Below, piece after piece: positions 61,670 through 64,000 of a stretch of DNA of 64,000 bases; positions within the stretch are counted from its first letter, which is position 1; every line of letters starts with the position of its first letter. The stretch lies in assembly GCA_013265495.1 (NCBI GenBank), contig MU058198.1, positions 570,419 through 634,418 on the forward strand. The letters are read 5' to 3'. The translations under genes and the position numbers were made by a program. The notes beneath the pieces are model-generated. The model did not search any database. It saw nothing but the letters and a program-made list of their open reading frames with translations, and was not told where the DNA came from. The stretch is from Vicugna vicugna. Taxonomy: Eukaryota.

Positions 61670-63167
61670 CACTTCTCAGAAGAGAGATTAATAACCTCTA
61701 ACAGACCTTCCTGGGACCCATAACATTTGGGCACTTAAGGATGTTCCTATGGTCCTGTGTGACGATGGAGCCTTTTGTTGTTGTTACATTCTTCGATGCA
61801 TTTTCAATGCATTCATCTCCTGTGAAAAAGAGAGCACTTAAGATTAGTTTGTGATTTTGCCCACCATTTACATGTTTGCTTCATCTAGAAAAATTAGAAA
61901 GAGAATGTGATAAGCATATTATTTGGTTCACCTTTTTCATGGAGCAATAGCTCTCAACACTGGTTGGGAGGCTGTTTAGTCAAAGCAGAAGTGCACATCT
62001 GTGGGCACTCTGGGCTGCGTATGAGTTAATCTCAGTTTAGAAATCAGAAACGTGGTGTTGACCCAACCTCTTTTCTTTTCCCATGCTTTTGAAGTGGGTA
62101 AATAACCCTAACTGGAGAAAACCTTAAAAATCCAGTATCCAGTAGTTAAATATGATGGTTCCTGTGCAAATTCAAATATGTTAATGAAGTGTCACAAAGA
62201 TATACTCTTTCCCCTAAAAAAATAAAGGTGCATGAAAATCCTGGTGAAATAGTCTAGTTGTTTATATCATACCAGTGTCAGTTTCCTGACTTTGACAATG
62301 TGCTGTGTTTATGAAGATGTCACCACTGGGGGAAGCTGGGTGATGAGGACACAACACCTCTACTCTTTTTGCAATTTCTTATGCGTCTGTAATTGGCTTG
62401 AAATAAAATATTTTAAAAACGTCATCCGTTGGGAGCAGTTGGAACAATAATGTTATATCCATGGCGTGGATTCCTCAGCCATTAAAAAGAATGAGGGAGA
62501 TTTATGTGGACTAACACAGGAGGAGGGAGGCCCATGCTAGATTCTTGAGTAAAAAAGACGAGTTGCAGCTCAAGATGTGTAAGACGATCCATTTTTCTAA
62601 AACAAAAGTCTTCTACAACAAAAGCTATACATTCACAAGGCATAGACTAAGGTCTAGAAAGATAAACACCAGAATGTTGACATTGGTAATCCCTAGGAAG
62701 TAGGAGTTGGAAGGGAGGGCATTCATATTTTACTGGATGCATGACAGTATTGTTTGAGCTTTTGTCCATAAGCATTTCTTATTTCTATAATTTTTGTAAA
62801 ATATAATAAACAAATGAAATACAGGGGCCTAATGAATCTTCCAAGTTCTGATGTGTGTCTGTAAACATATTCTGAGCTGCAAGTTTTTCAGTGGTTTATC
62901 TCAGCCAGTAGGCTTGTCTCAATCTCACTCTGATTTGAACTGTTGTTCGTCTTGTTCTTGCCAAAGGTAATCAATCGTGTCACTTCTCAGAAGGAAAAAA
63001 AAATTAGTAACCTCTAACAGACCTTGCTGGGATCCATAACATTTGGCTCTTTGGCTCCCTGGACACTTGAGGGTCTCCCTTTGGTCCTGTATGACTATAT
63101 GGAGCCCTTTGTTTTTAAAGTTATATTCTTGGATGCATTAATGCATTCATCTCCTGTGAAAAAGAGA
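61670..63167 (+). repeat. Diverged local direct repeat, copies at 61670-61833 and 62981-63167
   Basis: Shared blocks cacttctcagaag, taacctctaacagacctt, ccataacatttgg, tggtcctgt, atggagcc, aatgcattcatctcctgtgaaaaagaga. Confidence 0.9.
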
Positions 63168-64000
63168 ATTTTTAAAACATTTGTCTTGTCTTAATGGCCA
63201 GAATGTTAGCATTTTGTCCACATGTTAGCATTTGCCATAGTTTGTCTTTTCAGAAGTGGTGAGCCAAGACATCTCATTCATTTGTGCGTGTGGGCACGTG
63301 TACACGCATGTGCGTATGTACACACGCACGTGCACATGTGCGTGCGTGTGAGAATAAGCCACCCACGGGTGTGGATTTCAGTCTGTCAGTGCCCTGTTCC
63401 CAGTGCCTGGGAGAGTGGCCAGTACATGAAGGTTGCTTCATAGGTGGGTGTTGAATGAGTGATTATTGCATGTGTTAAGGAGTATCAATGTGGAAATTAT
63501 CAAAATATCTCTTTCCCAGCCTTCCCAGAAACCACTTTGATATTGGTCTTCAAGAATGACTTTTCAAATATGAAATACCCCGTGAGTGGGTTAGGGAAGC
63601 CGTTTGTGACAACGTCAATTTTATCCTCAGCTGGGATGCTCTGGCCGCAAGAAACAAACGCCTAACTGGCCCTACAAAAATAATTCAGTGTGTTCTCTTG
63701 AATACTGAGTGAAGGCTCTGGGCCAGGCAGGTTCTGTTCTTCTCTCTGCTCTGCCATCCCCAGGTAGCAGCAAAGTGACTGCAGTCATTCCAGGCATCGC
63801 GTTCAGACATGGCCACATCCAGAGGCAGAAAGATGGGGAGTCTTCAGTTCCTTTGGTTCCTGTTTAAGAGCAAGGAAACTTTTCCTCTAAACCCCCATCT
63901 CAGTAGCAAGAAATGGGTCACGTGCCCCTGTCCAAACCGCTGGCAAGAGGCATGAGACCAGTGTGACTGGTTTGGACCTGTATTAGTTTGCTTAGTATGT

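Larger units (their letters stand above)
13575..64000 (+). other. VPS35L: VPS35L (C16orf62) gene, exons 1-14; continues beyond the window
   Basis: 14 exons totalling 1224 nt (408 codons) give [28 protein letters not shown]...QCISYRAPE, recognisably the Retriever subunit VPS35L; the next exon (ALLTEMMERC...) was not found in the window. Confidence 0.97.

Noticed and set aside
1..64000. The many 60-180 aa ORFs in the six-frame track as independent genes
   Set aside because: This is intron-rich mammalian DNA. These ORFs are partial overlaps with real exons, L1 ORF2 remnants, or chance ORFs in repeats and GC-rich sequence, often with GTG/TTG starts.
1..64000. Prokaryotic-type systems (CRISPR array, operon, defence island, prophage)
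   Set aside because: No regularly spaced repeat-spacer array, no long ORFs and no operon structure; the sequence is clearly a eutherian gene locus.
56916..64000. VPS35L exon 15 within the window
   Set aside because: I found no sequence encoding the expected ALLTEMMERCKKLGNN-like peptide; the exon presumably lies beyond position 64000.

Overview
Mammalian (eutherian) genomic DNA, most likely a camelid: it has tRNA-Ala-derived SINEs of the camelid Vic-1 type and cetartiodactyl-style L1 3' ends, and I saw no Alu, B1 or Bov-tA elements (inference). Two genes lie in tandem on the + strand. The first is the 3' half of CCP110 (CP110): 11 coding exons at 905-9874, including a frame-switching cassette exon, a last exon read in two frames, and a 3'UTR to about 11730. 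The second is the CpG-island promoter and first 14 exons (408 codons) of VPS35L (C16orf62, Retriever subunit) at 13575-56915; the gene continues past the window end. All exon boundaries were read by hand and the splice phases close correctly. Introns contain ordinary L1, L2, MIR, MaLR/ERVL LTRs and hAT/Tigger fossils; repeat family names and boundaries are approximate and come from recall, not a search. I found no convincing wholly new biological system. The most notable signals are: (1) a textbook U12 (minor) intron in VPS35L with an in-frame U2-type decoy acceptor 48 nt upstream of its 3' end; (2) an L1 tail inserted 5 nt from a CCP110 splice acceptor; (3) a 16-bp perfect CLEAR palindrome fused to a uORF stop and a TISU-like start; (4) phase-compatible CCP110-VPS35L read-through splicing; (5) co-oriented CTCF motifs; (6) two unexplained local direct repeats. 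Almost all ORFs in the supplied track are spurious.
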